From positions 15,614-79,613 of IMG/VR virus record IMGVR_UViG_3300017909_001210: DNA of 64,000 bases; one strand, 5' to 3'. The stretch is from a virus (Duplodnaviria; Caudoviricetes). The first letter of the stretch is position 1. Each line of letters begins with the position of its first letter. Below the pieces are notes generated by a model. That model did no database searches and was not told the origin of the DNA. It saw only the letters and a list, made by a program, of their open reading frames with translations. Made by a program: the position numbers and the translations under genes. Shown in pieces: positions 37,012-46,915 of this stretch.

Positions 37012-37587
37012 ATGAAAAAAATTTCAAACTTTTTTGCTTTATCAATGACGAAGTTCTTTCGTCTTATAGCAGATACATTTTTTGCACATAGATACGGACA
37101 CAGAGCAGTAGTCCTAGAGACTATCGCAGGTGTGCCAGGCATGGTTGCTGGTATGTGGATTCATTTAAAAAGTCTTCGTAAAATGGAAACAGGATACGGC
37201 CCAATGATAAGAGAACTACTTGCAGAGGCAGAGAATGAGAGAATGCACCTCATGTTCTTTATAGAAATCACCAAACCTAACTTTTTAGAAAGGTGGTTAG
37301 TCTTATTTTCCCAAGGAATCTTTTGGATATTCTATTTTATATTATATGTTTTCTTTCCCAAGACTGCACATAGAATGATTCATTACTTTGAAGAAGAAGC
37401 AGTAAAGTCGTATACAGAATATCTTCACATGGTAGAAACTGGAGAAGTAGAGAATGTTCCAGCACCACAACTTGCAATCGATTACTATAAAATGAAAAAG
37501 ACTGCAAAATTATCCGACTTAATCAAAAAAGTTCGTGCAGACGAACAACACCATAGTAAAATCAACTTAAAATACTCTGAAAAATAA
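37012..37587 (+). CDS. aox: Alternative oxidase (ubiquinol oxidase, di-iron carboxylate)
   Basis: LETIAGVPGM, EAENERMHL, HYFEEEAV and VRADEQHH motifs; SD GAGG then ATG 37012. Confidence 0.92.
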   Translation: MKKISNFFALSMTKFFRLIADTFFAHRYGHRAVVLETIAGVPGMVAGMWIHLKSLRKMETGYGPMIRELLAEAENERMHLMFFIEITKPNFLERWLVLFSQGIFWIFYFILYVFFPKTAHRMIHYFEEEAVKSYTEYLHMVETGEVENVPAPQLAIDYYKMKKTAKLSDLIKKVRADEQHHSKINLKYSEK

Positions 37588-37602
37588 ATACTTAAAAACC
37601 CC

Positions 37603-37631
37603 CTTACAATATAAGGATTTTTGTGTATAAT
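37603..37631 (+). promoter_or_regulatory. Sigma70-like promoter for gp55
   Basis: CTTACA-17nt-TATAAT; ATG at 37638. Confidence 0.55.
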
Positions 37632-37637
37632 AGATAC

Positions 37638-38186
37638 ATGACTACTAAAAAACAGAATGAACACTATGTTAACAACAAAGAGTTCACACTAGCAGTCGCC
37701 GAGTTCAACGAATCAGTTAAACTTGCCGAATCAAAGGGTAAAACACCCCCAAGAATGCCAGAATACATTGGTGAATGTATCTATAAAATTGCGACTCGAT
37801 TATCGACTCGTCCTAATTTTATCAATTACACATATAGAGATGAAATGATATGTGATGCAATTGAGAATTGTATTCAATATATCGGAAATTTCAACAGAGA
37901 GAAATCAGATAATGCATTCGCATATATCACTCAAATCTGTTATTATGCCTTCCTAAGACGAATTCAAAAGGAGAAAAAACAAGTCTTTATCAAACAACAG
38001 GCAACAGACGCAGCTGGTATGATTACTGATGCATTTAATACTATAGACGGAGAACACGACCCAACACTTATCAATACGAATGTTGAGTGGATGCAAGAGA
38101 ATATGAATCGTGTCGACTATGAACCTCGAAAGTCAAGGAAATCAACAAAAAAGAAAACATCAAACTTAGAAAAATTTACTGAATGA
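37638..38186 (+). CDS. gp55: Late-transcription sigma factor gp55
   Basis: HYVNNKEF...YIGECIYKIATRLSTRPNFINYTYRDEMICDAIENC...NAFAYITQICYYAFLRRIQKEKKQ. Confidence 0.95.
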   Translation: MTTKKQNEHYVNNKEFTLAVAEFNESVKLAESKGKTPPRMPEYIGECIYKIATRLSTRPNFINYTYRDEMICDAIENCIQYIGNFNREKSDNAFAYITQICYYAFLRRIQKEKKQVFIKQQATDAAGMITDAFNTIDGEHDPTLINTNVEWMQENMNRVDYEPRKSRKSTKKKTSNLEKFTE

Positions 38187-39250
38187 AGATAGCATTACTG
38201 AATGATACCCATTGTGGTGTTCGTGGTGATATGATAGAAATGTCAAATTACCAAGGTCGATTTTATAATGAAGTGTTCTTCCCTTATTTGGACGAACATG
38301 ACATTAAACACATAATACACTTAGGTGATTATTTTGACCGAAGAAAGTATATAAATTTTGCTTCCATGAAAGCAAATATCAAACACTTTATCGAACCTAT
38401 GAATGAACGTGATATTACTATGGACTTGATTCTTGGTAATCATGATACTTATTATAAGAATACCAACGAAGTCAATTCCCCCGAGTTATTATTATATAAC
38501 CAACCAAATGTGAATGTTATTCAAGAGTGTGAAGTAAAAGAGTATGACGGATTCAATATTGCACTTGTCCCATGGATTAATCCCGAGAACTATGCAGATG
38601 CAGTAGACTTTTTATTGTCTGCAAATGCAAGTTGGTGTATGGGTCACTTTGAGTTTGAAGGTGCATTAATGATGCCAGGCATGACATGTCAACATGGACT
38701 TGACCATTCTTATGTAAAAAGATTTGAGAAAGTATTAAGTGGACATTTTCACCAAAAATCTGAGTTTGCAAATATCAGATATCTTGGTTCTCAAATGCAA
38801 TTTACTTGGTCAGATTATGGAGATAACAAATACTTCCATATCTTTGATACTGATACACAAGAACTTTCACCTATTCTAAATCCAATTACAATGTTTGAAA
38901 AGGCATTCTATAATGACGAGAAAGAAACTTTTGAAACTATTAGTAATGCAGATTATGAAAAATACAGAGGTAAATTTGTAAAAGTTATCGTAGTGAATAA
39001 AGAAAACCCATATTGGTTTGATACATTCTTAGATAAATTACATTCTGCGAATCCACTACACGTTGCAGTTGTAGACGATAACAAACACATGGATTTCTAT
39101 GGGGACGATGATATAGAAGATATCGAAGACACCCTAACTATATTAAATAATTATATTGACGGACTTGAAATACAAGGAAAGAAAAAACCACTTTCTGATT
39201 TAATGACTTCTTTATATAATGAGGCTTTGGACGAACATAACTATCTATGA
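38183..39250 (+). CDS. gp47: Recombination nuclease gp47 (Mre11/SbcD-like)
   Basis: DTHCG, HLGDYFDRR, LGNHD, GHFH motifs. Confidence 0.95.
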   Translation: MKIALLNDTHCGVRGDMIEMSNYQGRFYNEVFFPYLDEHDIKHIIHLGDYFDRRKYINFASMKANIKHFIEPMNERDITMDLILGNHDTYYKNTNEVNSPELLLYNQPNVNVIQECEVKEYDGFNIALVPWINPENYADAVDFLLSANASWCMGHFEFEGALMMPGMTCQHGLDHSYVKRFEKVLSGHFHQKSEFANIRYLGSQMQFTWSDYGDNKYFHIFDTDTQELSPILNPITMFEKAFYNDEKETFETISNADYEKYRGKFVKVIVVNKENPYWFDTFLDKLHSANPLHVAVVDDNKHMDFYGDDDIEDIEDTLTILNNYIDGLEIQGKKKPLSDLMTSLYNEALDEHNYL

Positions 39251-40962
39251 TAAATTTTAAGAAAGTAAGATATAAGAACTTACTATCCAGTGGAAATAAA
39301 TTTACTGAAATACAATTAGACAAACACCAAACAACACTTATCTTAGGTGATAATGGTGCTGGTAAATCTACACTTTTAGATGCATTGTGTTTTGGTTTGT
39401 ATGGTAAAGGATTCAGAAATCTAAAAAAAGAACTTCTAATCAATTCTGTAAATGGTGGAGGACTCATAGTAGTCGTAGAGTTCTCTATTGGTAGGAAACA
39501 ATACAAAGTAATTCGTGGTGCAAAACCAAACAAATTCGAACTATATGTCAATGACGTGTTGGTCAATCAAGATGCAACAGTCAGAGATTATCAAGAACAC
39601 TTAGAAAAGAACATACTCAAAATGAGTTATCGTTCCTTTACTCAAGTTGCAATCCTAGGGTCGGCAAACTTTACACCTTTCATGCAATTAAGAGCAGTTG
39701 AAAGACGTAAACTTGTAGAAGACCTTTTGGATATATCAATCTTTTCCACAATGGGAGATATCCTAAAGAAAAAGATTTCTAACCATACTGTTGAGGTTAG
39801 AGAGAATAATCATGAAATCGAACTTCTTGAAGAAAGAATTAATGGATTGAATGAACAACTTAATGCACTTCGTGAAAATAGAGATGCAAAAATATCAAAA
39901 TATGAGAACACTGTTAATGAAACTCAAGAGAATATTAATAACCTTTTGGGAGAAATAGATGAAAAGACGGAAAATGTGGTGGAGAAAAAATCCACCATCT
40001 CAGATAAAGATACTAAAGAAGATAGACTCAAACAAACAGTTGACATGGAGGCTAGACTCGAGGACGCTCGAAGAAAAGCAATTAAAGACATTGAATTCTA
40101 TGAGAACAATGACGATTGTCCCACATGCAAACAGGGTTTAGATAGTGAACACAAGAAAAAACACATTAAGGAAAAAGAGGATAAGATTGCAGAAATCAAG
40201 GAGGCGGTGTCAAAACTCGAACTCCAAACTGAGGAACTCAATGACAGAATCCAAGAAATCAATGGAATTCAAGACGAGATAACTCAGATTCAAAAAGAAA
40301 TTGGTATTCTTCAAACAGAAGTTGTATCTAACCAAAAGTTTGTTCAAAAGATTCAGAAAGAAATTGCAGAACTAAAAGCAGAAGGAAATGGTAATGGTGA
40401 CGTTTCAGAACGAATCAACGATAGTGAAGACAAACTAGATATTCTACATGCAAAGAAAGAAACACTTACAGAGAATGGACACTACTATGAAATTGCACAA
40501 GTGTTATTACGTGACCAAGGTGTAAGACAAAAGATTATCAAACAGTATGTTCCAATCATGAACAAACTCATAAACAAGTATCTTGCACAATTAGAATTCT
40601 ATGTAGGTTTTGAATTGAATGAAAAGTTTGAAGAAACAATCAAGTCTAGGTTTAGGGACGTATTCAAATATGATAACTTCTCACAAGGAGAAAAAATGAG
40701 AATCGACCTTGCACTTCTATTTACATGGAGAGCCGTTGCAAGAATGAAGAACTCAGTAAATACTAACTTATTAATATTAGACGAAGTTTTCGATTCTTCA
40801 TTAGACTCACAAGGAACAGACGATTTCTTAAAATTACTAAACACCTTGACGGAAAAGACAAATGCATTTATCATATCTCATAAAGGAGAAACATTATATG
40901 ATAAATTTAATGACGTTATTAGGTTTGAGAAATACAAAAACTTCTCAAGAATTGCAGAATAA
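39247..40962 (+). CDS. gp46: Recombination ATPase gp46 (Rad50/SbcC-like)
   Basis: GDNGAGKS, CPTC zinc hook, FSQGEKMRIDLAL, LILDEVFDSSLD. Confidence 0.96.
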   Translation: MINFKKVRYKNLLSSGNKFTEIQLDKHQTTLILGDNGAGKSTLLDALCFGLYGKGFRNLKKELLINSVNGGGLIVVVEFSIGRKQYKVIRGAKPNKFELYVNDVLVNQDATVRDYQEHLEKNILKMSYRSFTQVAILGSANFTPFMQLRAVERRKLVEDLLDISIFSTMGDILKKKISNHTVEVRENNHEIELLEERINGLNEQLNALRENRDAKISKYENTVNETQENINNLLGEIDEKTENVVEKKSTISDKDTKEDRLKQTVDMEARLEDARRKAIKDIEFYENNDDCPTCKQGLDSEHKKKHIKEKEDKIAEIKEAVSKLELQTEELNDRIQEINGIQDEITQIQKEIGILQTEVVSNQKFVQKIQKEIAELKAEGNGNGDVSERINDSEDKLDILHAKKETLTENGHYYEIAQVLLRDQGVRQKIIKQYVPIMNKLINKYLAQLEFYVGFELNEKFEETIKSRFRDVFKYDNFSQGEKMRIDLALLFTWRAVARMKNSVNTNLLILDEVFDSSLDSQGTDDFLKLLNTLTEKTNAFIISHKGETLYDKFNDVIRFEKYKNFSRIAE

Positions 40963-40970
40963 TATAAATA
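40963..40970 (+). promoter_or_regulatory. T4-type late promoter TATAAATA
   Basis: Exact consensus right after the gp46 stop, 5 nt before ATG 40976. Confidence 0.7.
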
Positions 40971-40975
40971 GTAAT

Positions 40976-42478
40976 ATGAAATCATTCTCAGAATTCAATA
41001 ATCCAACATACGAAGGGGTCAAATTAGACTTACCTAAAGTTATATCTGAAGGGTCTAAAATGTCTAAAGGTGATTTATTTAAAAGACAAAATAGACAAGG
41101 ATTCATTAACAAGGCAGAAGACGGAGTATTACTGGATAAAGACGGGAATGAATTAAAGATAAGAGATAAAGACCTTTGGAACGAATTGTCTAGTGAACTT
41201 GCAAGAGCAGGTGACGAAAAAGATTTAACACTATGGACACCTAAGAACTTCAAACAAGTGTTTGGAACTACATTAGGAAATGTTCTAAAAGGTGGTAATG
41301 GTTTCTCACCCGTAAATCAAAAAAATCCAACGGGTGAAGATTGGGAAGCTGGTATTGCAGTAGGACTTCAAAAATTAGGAAAAGGTATAGACTATAACTC
41401 ACCTGAGTGGCAGAGATTCGATAAGTATTGGACTGATTGGGAAGAGTCTGCAATGAAGACTGCGATAGATTTCAAAAACAAATTAGGTATAACAGAACTC
41501 AAACAAACTGGTTCTATGAAAGTGGGTGGACTTACTAAAGAATGGAAAGGAACAAACACTACACCTAAAACCGACCTTATGGATAAGAGTGGTAAGATTA
41601 GAGTATCACTTAAAAAATCGGGTGGTTCTCAGTTAATGTCTGCTGGTAAATCAGAAGCAATATCTACAGTAGAAGCTGCAATGAGAGCATATGGAAATTC
41701 TTCCAGTGGTCAAAAAGAAGCACAAAAGTTAGTCAAAGAACTAGAAAAGAAAATGATTAAGTTATCTCATAAAGGTGCTGTAGGTGATTTAGAACAACTC
41801 AAGGGTAAAGACAGTATATCAAGAGAAGAAGAAGAGAAACTTGCAGAATTAGATATTGGTCATAACTTTGCAAAAGAATTAAATGAAAGAATTGAAAAAA
41901 CCTTTAACAATAATGACGACTTGAAAAAACTTTTTTGTTATGAAGCAGCGACAGGTCATGCAAAGTTTGGTAAAGATACTTGGCCAACTGCTACAATGAT
42001 TGCAACCTTCTATGAAGGTGGTGGTTTATCTCACGTTCAAAAATTAACAGACCCAATCAAACATGGTGGAGCACTTGCCTCAGGAAATGATTTTTATGTA
42101 TCATTTAAATCAAGTGGTAAAAGTTCACCATACTTATCTTTAAGAAGTAAGAAAGCAAAACAAAAACTAAACATGGACACCCTCTCAGACATTGTATATA
42201 ACGAGTGTGGTAATTCGAATCTATTTTTAACAGAAGAGGTTGAAAATCTCACTGAATCTCAGTTAATAAATAAACTTATAAAAATGTCAAAAGACTTTTC
42301 TTCAAAAGTTGCAAGAACAGCTAAGAAGATTCTTGGAGAAATAACTAAGAGAATACAAAGTGCATTTAACTGGATTAAGAAACAAGGTCAAAAAATATGG
42401 AATGCAATATTGTATTTCTTTGGATTCGAAATATCAAACGTGCAAGTCAAAGGAGGAGGGGTTTACCCGTTAGTATAA
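40976..42478 (+). CDS. Late-expressed hypothetical protein (~500 aa) with possible PD-(D/E)xK-like motif
   Basis: MKSFSEF N-terminus; PKTDLMDKSGKIRVSLKK; the ORF-track start at 40862 overlaps gp46 and is unlikely. Confidence 0.55.
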   Translation: MKSFSEFNNPTYEGVKLDLPKVISEGSKMSKGDLFKRQNRQGFINKAEDGVLLDKDGNELKIRDKDLWNELSSELARAGDEKDLTLWTPKNFKQVFGTTLGNVLKGGNGFSPVNQKNPTGEDWEAGIAVGLQKLGKGIDYNSPEWQRFDKYWTDWEESAMKTAIDFKNKLGITELKQTGSMKVGGLTKEWKGTNTTPKTDLMDKSGKIRVSLKKSGGSQLMSAGKSEAISTVEAAMRAYGNSSSGQKEAQKLVKELEKKMIKLSHKGAVGDLEQLKGKDSISREEEEKLAELDIGHNFAKELNERIEKTFNNNDDLKKLFCYEAATGHAKFGKDTWPTATMIATFYEGGGLSHVQKLTDPIKHGGALASGNDFYVSFKSSGKSSPYLSLRSKKAKQKLNMDTLSDIVYNECGNSNLFLTEEVENLTESQLINKLIKMSKDFSSKVARTAKKILGEITKRIQSAFNWIKKQGQKIWNAILYFFGFEISNVQVKGGGVYPLV

Positions 42479-42479
42479 T

Positions 42480-43106
42480 ATGTTAGAATTGATAGACGAG
42501 GCTTCAAGAGTCTTACGAACACCACCACCTGAATTCGACTTCGAGAATCCACCCGAAGACCCAAAAGAAATTGAAAAGAACCTTGCAACTGCAATGGAAC
42601 AATTTGGTGGTATTGGATTATCTGCAAATCAAGTTGGATTAAACTATAGAGTTTTTGTTATGAGAACTGCAGATAAAGGAATCGTTGCATTCTTTAATCC
42701 CGAAATAACTAAAGTATCACAAGAAACAGATTTAATGAAAGAGGGTTGTCTATCCTTTCCCGACCTTTACCTTATGATAAAAAGGTCAAAAGAAATAGAA
42801 TTTAAATATCAAGATGCAGAAGGTGAAGAACATACACTTTATCTTAATGGTTTAGGTGCAAGGTGTGTTCAACATGAGTGTGACCACTTGAATGGTATCC
42901 TATTCTTACAACGTGCATCTAGACTCAAATTAGAACGTGCATTAAAAGTTCGTCCTAAAGAGAAAAGAAAAAGAGAAGATTATGAAAGAAGAATGGCCTA
43001 TGCAAGAGCAATCGCAGAACGTGAATCTAATCAGAATGCCGAATCTAATAACGGAGAAGGAATCGAAGAGTCTGATAGAGTGGTTCAAGAATCACAAACA
43101 TCTTAG
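42480..43106 (+). CDS. def: Peptide deformylase
   Basis: GIGLSANQVG, EGCLS, QHECDHLNG motifs. Confidence 0.93.
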   Translation: MLELIDEASRVLRTPPPEFDFENPPEDPKEIEKNLATAMEQFGGIGLSANQVGLNYRVFVMRTADKGIVAFFNPEITKVSQETDLMKEGCLSFPDLYLMIKRSKEIEFKYQDAEGEEHTLYLNGLGARCVQHECDHLNGILFLQRASRLKLERALKVRPKEKRKREDYERRMAYARAIAERESNQNAESNNGEGIEESDRVVQESQTS

Positions 43107-43638
43107 ACAAGTCGGAGATGGTTCGGACTATAGAGGAATTGACCTCATTCATATACACACGAACTGGGTAAGAGATATTTTCAATAGAGTTGGTCATGAC
43201 GTGACCAGTGAAATATATCATGCAGTGGGAACAAGAGTATATCCCGAAATGACTGCAATCAATGAATGGGAAATCGGTGGTGTTCAAGAACCACACTTAG
43301 ACACTTATTCTTCAGTAGAATTAGAAAACAATGCAATAGAAGAATCACCTAGTAGAGAATGGACTGTTATTCTTTATTTAAATGGTCATGAATCATTTAG
43401 AGGTGGTGAAACCTATTTTCCCGAGATGGGGCCGACTGGAACTATTATTGAACCAGTTGCAAATGAAGGTATTGTATTCAAAGGTTTAGAACTAAAACAT
43501 GGAGTTTATCCAGTTCGTAGAGGTTCTAGATATACCATTTCAATGTGGTTTTCAAACAACAGAGAAAATATCCTTACAGACGAGAGAACAAAAGACTTCT
43601 CGGCAGACCATTACAAATTAAGACAAATTAATCCATAA
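42982..43638 (+). CDS. 2OG-Fe(II) oxygenase (prolyl-4-hydroxylase-like); start uncertain (42982/43000/43036)
   Basis: EPHLD, VILYLN...FRGGETYF, LKHGVYPVRRGSRYTISMWF. Confidence 0.85.
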   Translation: MKEEWPMQEQSQNVNLIRMPNLITEKESKSLIEWFKNHKHLRQVGDGSDYRGIDLIHIHTNWVRDIFNRVGHDVTSEIYHAVGTRVYPEMTAINEWEIGGVQEPHLDTYSSVELENNAIEESPSREWTVILYLNGHESFRGGETYFPEMGPTGTIIEPVANEGIVFKGLELKHGVYPVRRGSRYTISMWFSNNRENILTDERTKDFSADHYKLRQINP

Positions 43639-43642
43639 AAAT

Positions 43643-43672
43643 TTGACAATGACCCTCACTTTTTAGTATACT
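43643..43672 (+). promoter_or_regulatory. Early sigma70-type promoter, copy 1 of a 30-bp repeat
   Basis: TTGACA ATGACCCTCACTTTTTAG TATACT. Confidence 0.85.
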
Positions 43673-43698
43673 AGTATAGTAGAAAAAAAGGAGTAAAT

Positions 43699-43923
43699 AT
43701 GTCAAATATCTATAACGACCAAATAATGGACGGAATCGTGCAAGACGTAGATTCTATGTCCGATATTGATGTGGTTTCTGCACTCAATATATCAAACGTA
43801 TATAAAGTATATAAATTCACTGGAGATGATGTGCATGGTGCAAATATCATAGACTATGCAAGAAGTGTCTTAGTGTCCCAAATGTGGGACGATGTAGTAG
43901 ACATGGGAGGCCCTTGTGGATAA
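43699..43923 (+). CDS. Early hypothetical protein
   Basis: SD AAGGAG; downstream of the early promoter. Confidence 0.6.
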   Translation: MSNIYNDQIMDGIVQDVDSMSDIDVVSALNISNVYKVYKFTGDDVHGANIIDYARSVLVSQMWDDVVDMGGPCG

Positions 43924-44200
43924 TATAGATTTTTTAAGTGAACACGACTTTATTAGATACAAACAAAGTGGTAAAATCTATGAGGGTTATATTACTAAGG
44001 TTGTGAACAATGACTTTCCATTTATTGAATGCAGAGTCCAAGAAACAAATGACTTCAGTGAAAGAATGGGTTCATTTTTCAATGGTATCATTTATGCAGA
44101 ATCATTCAAAGGTTTAGAAGTTGAATGGTGGTTTGACGGACAAGGTTGTGACAATTCTGCAATCGGTGTTTCAGGTTCTTGGGAATTAATTTGTTCCTAG
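43916..44200 (+). CDS. Early hypothetical protein
   Basis: Coupled to the previous ORF; SD GGAGG. Confidence 0.6.
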   Translation: MDNIDFLSEHDFIRYKQSGKIYEGYITKVVNNDFPFIECRVQETNDFSERMGSFFNGIIYAESFKGLEVEWWFDGQGCDNSAIGVSGSWELICS

Positions 44201-44203
44201 GTG

Positions 44204-44233
44204 TTGACAATGACCTTCACTTTTTAGTATACT
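44204..44233 (+). promoter_or_regulatory. Early sigma70-type promoter, copy 2
   Basis: TTGACA ATGACCTTCACTTTTTAG TATACT (one mismatch). Confidence 0.85.
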
Positions 44234-44239
44234 TATATT

Positions 44240-46594
44240 ATGACAAATCAAATTAGAAATCAAAAAGACTCACTTGCCAAGTTAATGGCTACGGAAAACC
44301 TTACTATAGTTCATAAGAAGGTTCCAACTGCATACTTCGATTTAGAGAATAGAATACTTTGTTGTCCTATTCTTAAAGATGAAATATCACCCGAACTTTA
44401 TGACTTGTTTATGGGTCACGAAGTATCTCATGCACTGAATACACCATATGAAGGTGTTCACTCTGCAGTGACAAAAAACAGAACACTTAAAGGATATCTT
44501 AATGTTGTTGAAGACGTTAGGATTGAGAGAATGATTAAGAACAAATATCAAGGTCTTAGAAAATCATTCTACAAAGCTTACAACGAATTAATGGATATGG
44601 ATTTCTTCGGAATCAAAGGAAGAAATCTACAAGAACTTTCATTGATTGACAAAATCAACCTTATCACAAAATGTGGTTCAAGGGTTAATATCACACTTAC
44701 TAAAGAAGAACAATTCTTCCTTGACTGGTCTAACAGATGTCAGACTTGGGAAGAGGTTGAAGAGTGTGCAACTGCTATTTACGAGTGGTCAAAAGAAAAC
44801 GAAACAAGAACTGAGGAAGATGAAAAAATGGTTCCTCAAATGTTTGATATTGGTGATGACGAAGAAGACGAAGATTACGAAGACGAGTCTGAAGAGTTCA
44901 ACAATGACTTTGGTGATTCAGATGAAGAAGACGAAGACGAAGACAACCTTCCCGAGTTAGATTCAGAAGATTCTAATGGTGGTGAAGAAAAAGAAGAAGA
45001 AGAAGGTGAAGAAAAGTCTGAAGAAGAAACCGAAGAAGAAGGTAAATCACAAAGAAAAATGACTGGTGGTAAAGAAGCTTCCAGTGGTGAGTATGATGAC
45101 GAAGATGGTGCAAGGGAATCTATTACAGAACAAAATGCACATAACAACGAAGGTAAATTATACTCTGAAGAAAACATTGTAAAAATCAGTGTTGACCTTG
45201 GTAAAAAATTCAACAAAGAAAATGACATGATGAGAAGTGTCAAAGTGTCTTACAAAGATTTACTAAAAGATATGAGAGGTTCATTCTTTGTTAACGGAAA
45301 AGAAAAAAACAAAGAAGTTGCACTTCACACTATGAACAAACTAGATGCAAAAAACAAAAAGATTGTGAATCATATGGTGAAGGAATTCGAAATGAAACAA
45401 TCTGCAAAAAGAGCTGTTCATGCATTCAGTGGTAAAACTGGTAAACTTGATATGAATAGACTTGCAAAGTATCAGATTGTTGACGACATTTTCAAAAGAG
45501 TGACTTACTTGCCTGAAGGTGAGAATCATGGTGTTAACGTATTGATTGACTGGAGTGGTTCAATTCATAGAGAAGTTCTTGACCTTCTAGAACAAGCACT
45601 TATTCTAACAATGTTCTGTAGAAAAGCAAATATTCCTCATAGAGTGTATCTCTTCTCAGACGTTTACAATAGAGTAGATGAAGAATGGTCTAGAGAAGAC
45701 GGACAATTACTTGAATTATTCTCAGACAAACAAAACACTAGAGAATACAAAGAAATGTTCACGTATGTTTCTCAGATTTGGAATGACTACTTTGCAGATA
45801 GACTTAGTGGTGCTGGAAGAAAATTTGAGAAGTCTTTAGAGATTTGGAATGACTGGTTCGAAGGAACACACTATGTTCAAGAATATGGGGGGTATTACAT
45901 TTACCTACCAAGTCATTCAATTCCACATAGATTCAATCTTGGTGGAACACCTCTTGACCATACACTATTTGCAATGAGAACACTTCTAAGAGATTTCAGA
46001 AAAGACTATGGTATTGAGAAATCAATTCTAACAGTTATCACTGATGGGTATTCTCATGGTTCAAGTATCTTATCTTCATCTGAAGATATGAGAGAACAAG
46101 AAAAAGAACAATTGAATGGTGAAGATTCTTGGGACTTTGAAAGACATATAGAAATCATTGACCCTTATTCAAGAAGAGTCTATCCTATTTCTACAGGAAG
46201 ATACTACAGAGGTGGTGACTTCAAAAGAACTCAGAATATCCTTGACTGGATTGCAAAAGAAACTGGTGTGATTGTCACTGGATACTTCGTTGTTGGTAAG
46301 AAACAAGACTTTGTTCAAATCTACAGTGAAGTGAAAAATGAAAATGATTACTGGAGAGATTACAAATCTGAGTGGTTAGAGTGTAGAAAAACTGGTATGG
46401 TTGTGAATTGTCATGGATATAACAAACTCTTCATTACCGCTGCTAGTGCAATCGGAACCGAAGGAACTGATGAGTTAGACGATGAGTTTATCGATGCGAA
46501 AAAAGTTAGAGTTCTAGCTGCTTTCAAGAAAAACCAAAAGTCTAAAACAACTTCAAGATTTTTAACTAATGAATTTATTAAGGAGATAGCATAA
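44240..46594 (+). CDS. CobT-like protein: HExxH peptidase-like N-domain, acidic linker, VWA domain
   Basis: GHEVSHAL; D/E-rich linker; VLIDWSGSI (MIDAS), GGTPL, VITDG. Confidence 0.8.
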   Translation: MTNQIRNQKDSLAKLMATENLTIVHKKVPTAYFDLENRILCCPILKDEISPELYDLFMGHEVSHALNTPYEGVHSAVTKNRTLKGYLNVVEDVRIERMIKNKYQGLRKSFYKAYNELMDMDFFGIKGRNLQELSLIDKINLITKCGSRVNITLTKEEQFFLDWSNRCQTWEEVEECATAIYEWSKENETRTEEDEKMVPQMFDIGDDEEDEDYEDESEEFNNDFGDSDEEDEDEDNLPELDSEDSNGGEEKEEEEGEEKSEEETEEEGKSQRKMTGGKEASSGEYDDEDGARESITEQNAHNNEGKLYSEENIVKISVDLGKKFNKENDMMRSVKVSYKDLLKDMRGSFFVNGKEKNKEVALHTMNKLDAKNKKIVNHMVKEFEMKQSAKRAVHAFSGKTGKLDMNRLAKYQIVDDIFKRVTYLPEGENHGVNVLIDWSGSIHREVLDLLEQALILTMFCRKANIPHRVYLFSDVYNRVDEEWSREDGQLLELFSDKQNTREYKEMFTYVSQIWNDYFADRLSGAGRKFEKSLEIWNDWFEGTHYVQEYGGYYIYLPSHSIPHRFNLGGTPLDHTLFAMRTLLRDFRKDYGIEKSILTVITDGYSHGSSILSSSEDMREQEKEQLNGEDSWDFERHIEIIDPYSRRVYPISTGRYYRGGDFKRTQNILDWIAKETGVIVTGYFVVGKKQDFVQIYSEVKNENDYWRDYKSEWLECRKTGMVVNCHGYNKLFITAASAIGTEGTDELDDEFIDAKKVRVLAAFKKNQKSKTTSRFLTNEFIKEIA

Positions 46595-46836
46595 TGAAGA
46601 CATATCAAGTAGACCCTGCTTATTATATTTCAAGTGTAAATGATTACAGTAAATTTGCAGATGCAGTTATGGACGTGGGGCCTTCCCCTTGCGTCAGATA
46701 TGATTGTCCACTGGTTAATGAATGTAAATCCGAAAAGAAGGAATGTTTTGCATTTAGAATATGGGTTAATAATGGTGGTGAGTTGAATGAGAAACAACAA
46801 GCTAAAATGGGAACTAGATTTGAAACTATTAAGTAA
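46594..46836 (+). CDS. Small Cys-rich hypothetical protein
   Basis: PCVRYDCP...CKSEKKECFAF; possible metal binder. Confidence 0.5.
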   Translation: MKTYQVDPAYYISSVNDYSKFADAVMDVGPSPCVRYDCPLVNECKSEKKECFAFRIWVNNGGELNEKQQAKMGTRFETIK

Positions 46837-46841
46837 AGGGG

Positions 46842-46871
46842 TTGACAATGACCCTCACTTTTTAGTATACT
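46842..46871 (+). promoter_or_regulatory. Early sigma70-type promoter, copy 3
   Basis: Identical to copy 1. Confidence 0.85.
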
Positions 46872-46915
46872 AATAACTGATGAGAAATTTAACAACTTTT
46901 AAAAGGAGTAAAAAT

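Noticed and set aside
37012-37587. Cyanophage PTOX, implying a cyanobacterial host
   Set aside because: The motifs read as AOX-type, and no psbA, hli or other photosynthesis genes occur in the window; the host remains undetermined.
40862-40975. N-terminal extension of the 538-aa ORF
   Set aside because: It overlaps gp46; the late promoter at 40963 supports ATG 40976.
44860-45120. Acidic GAA/GAC-rich stretches here and in gp22 as DNA repeats
   Set aside because: Explained by low-complexity Asp/Glu protein linkers, not discrete repeat elements.
43643-46871. CRISPR array from the 30-bp repeats
   Set aside because: Only three copies, 0.5-2.6 kb apart, matching the sigma70 promoter consensus; no cas genes.
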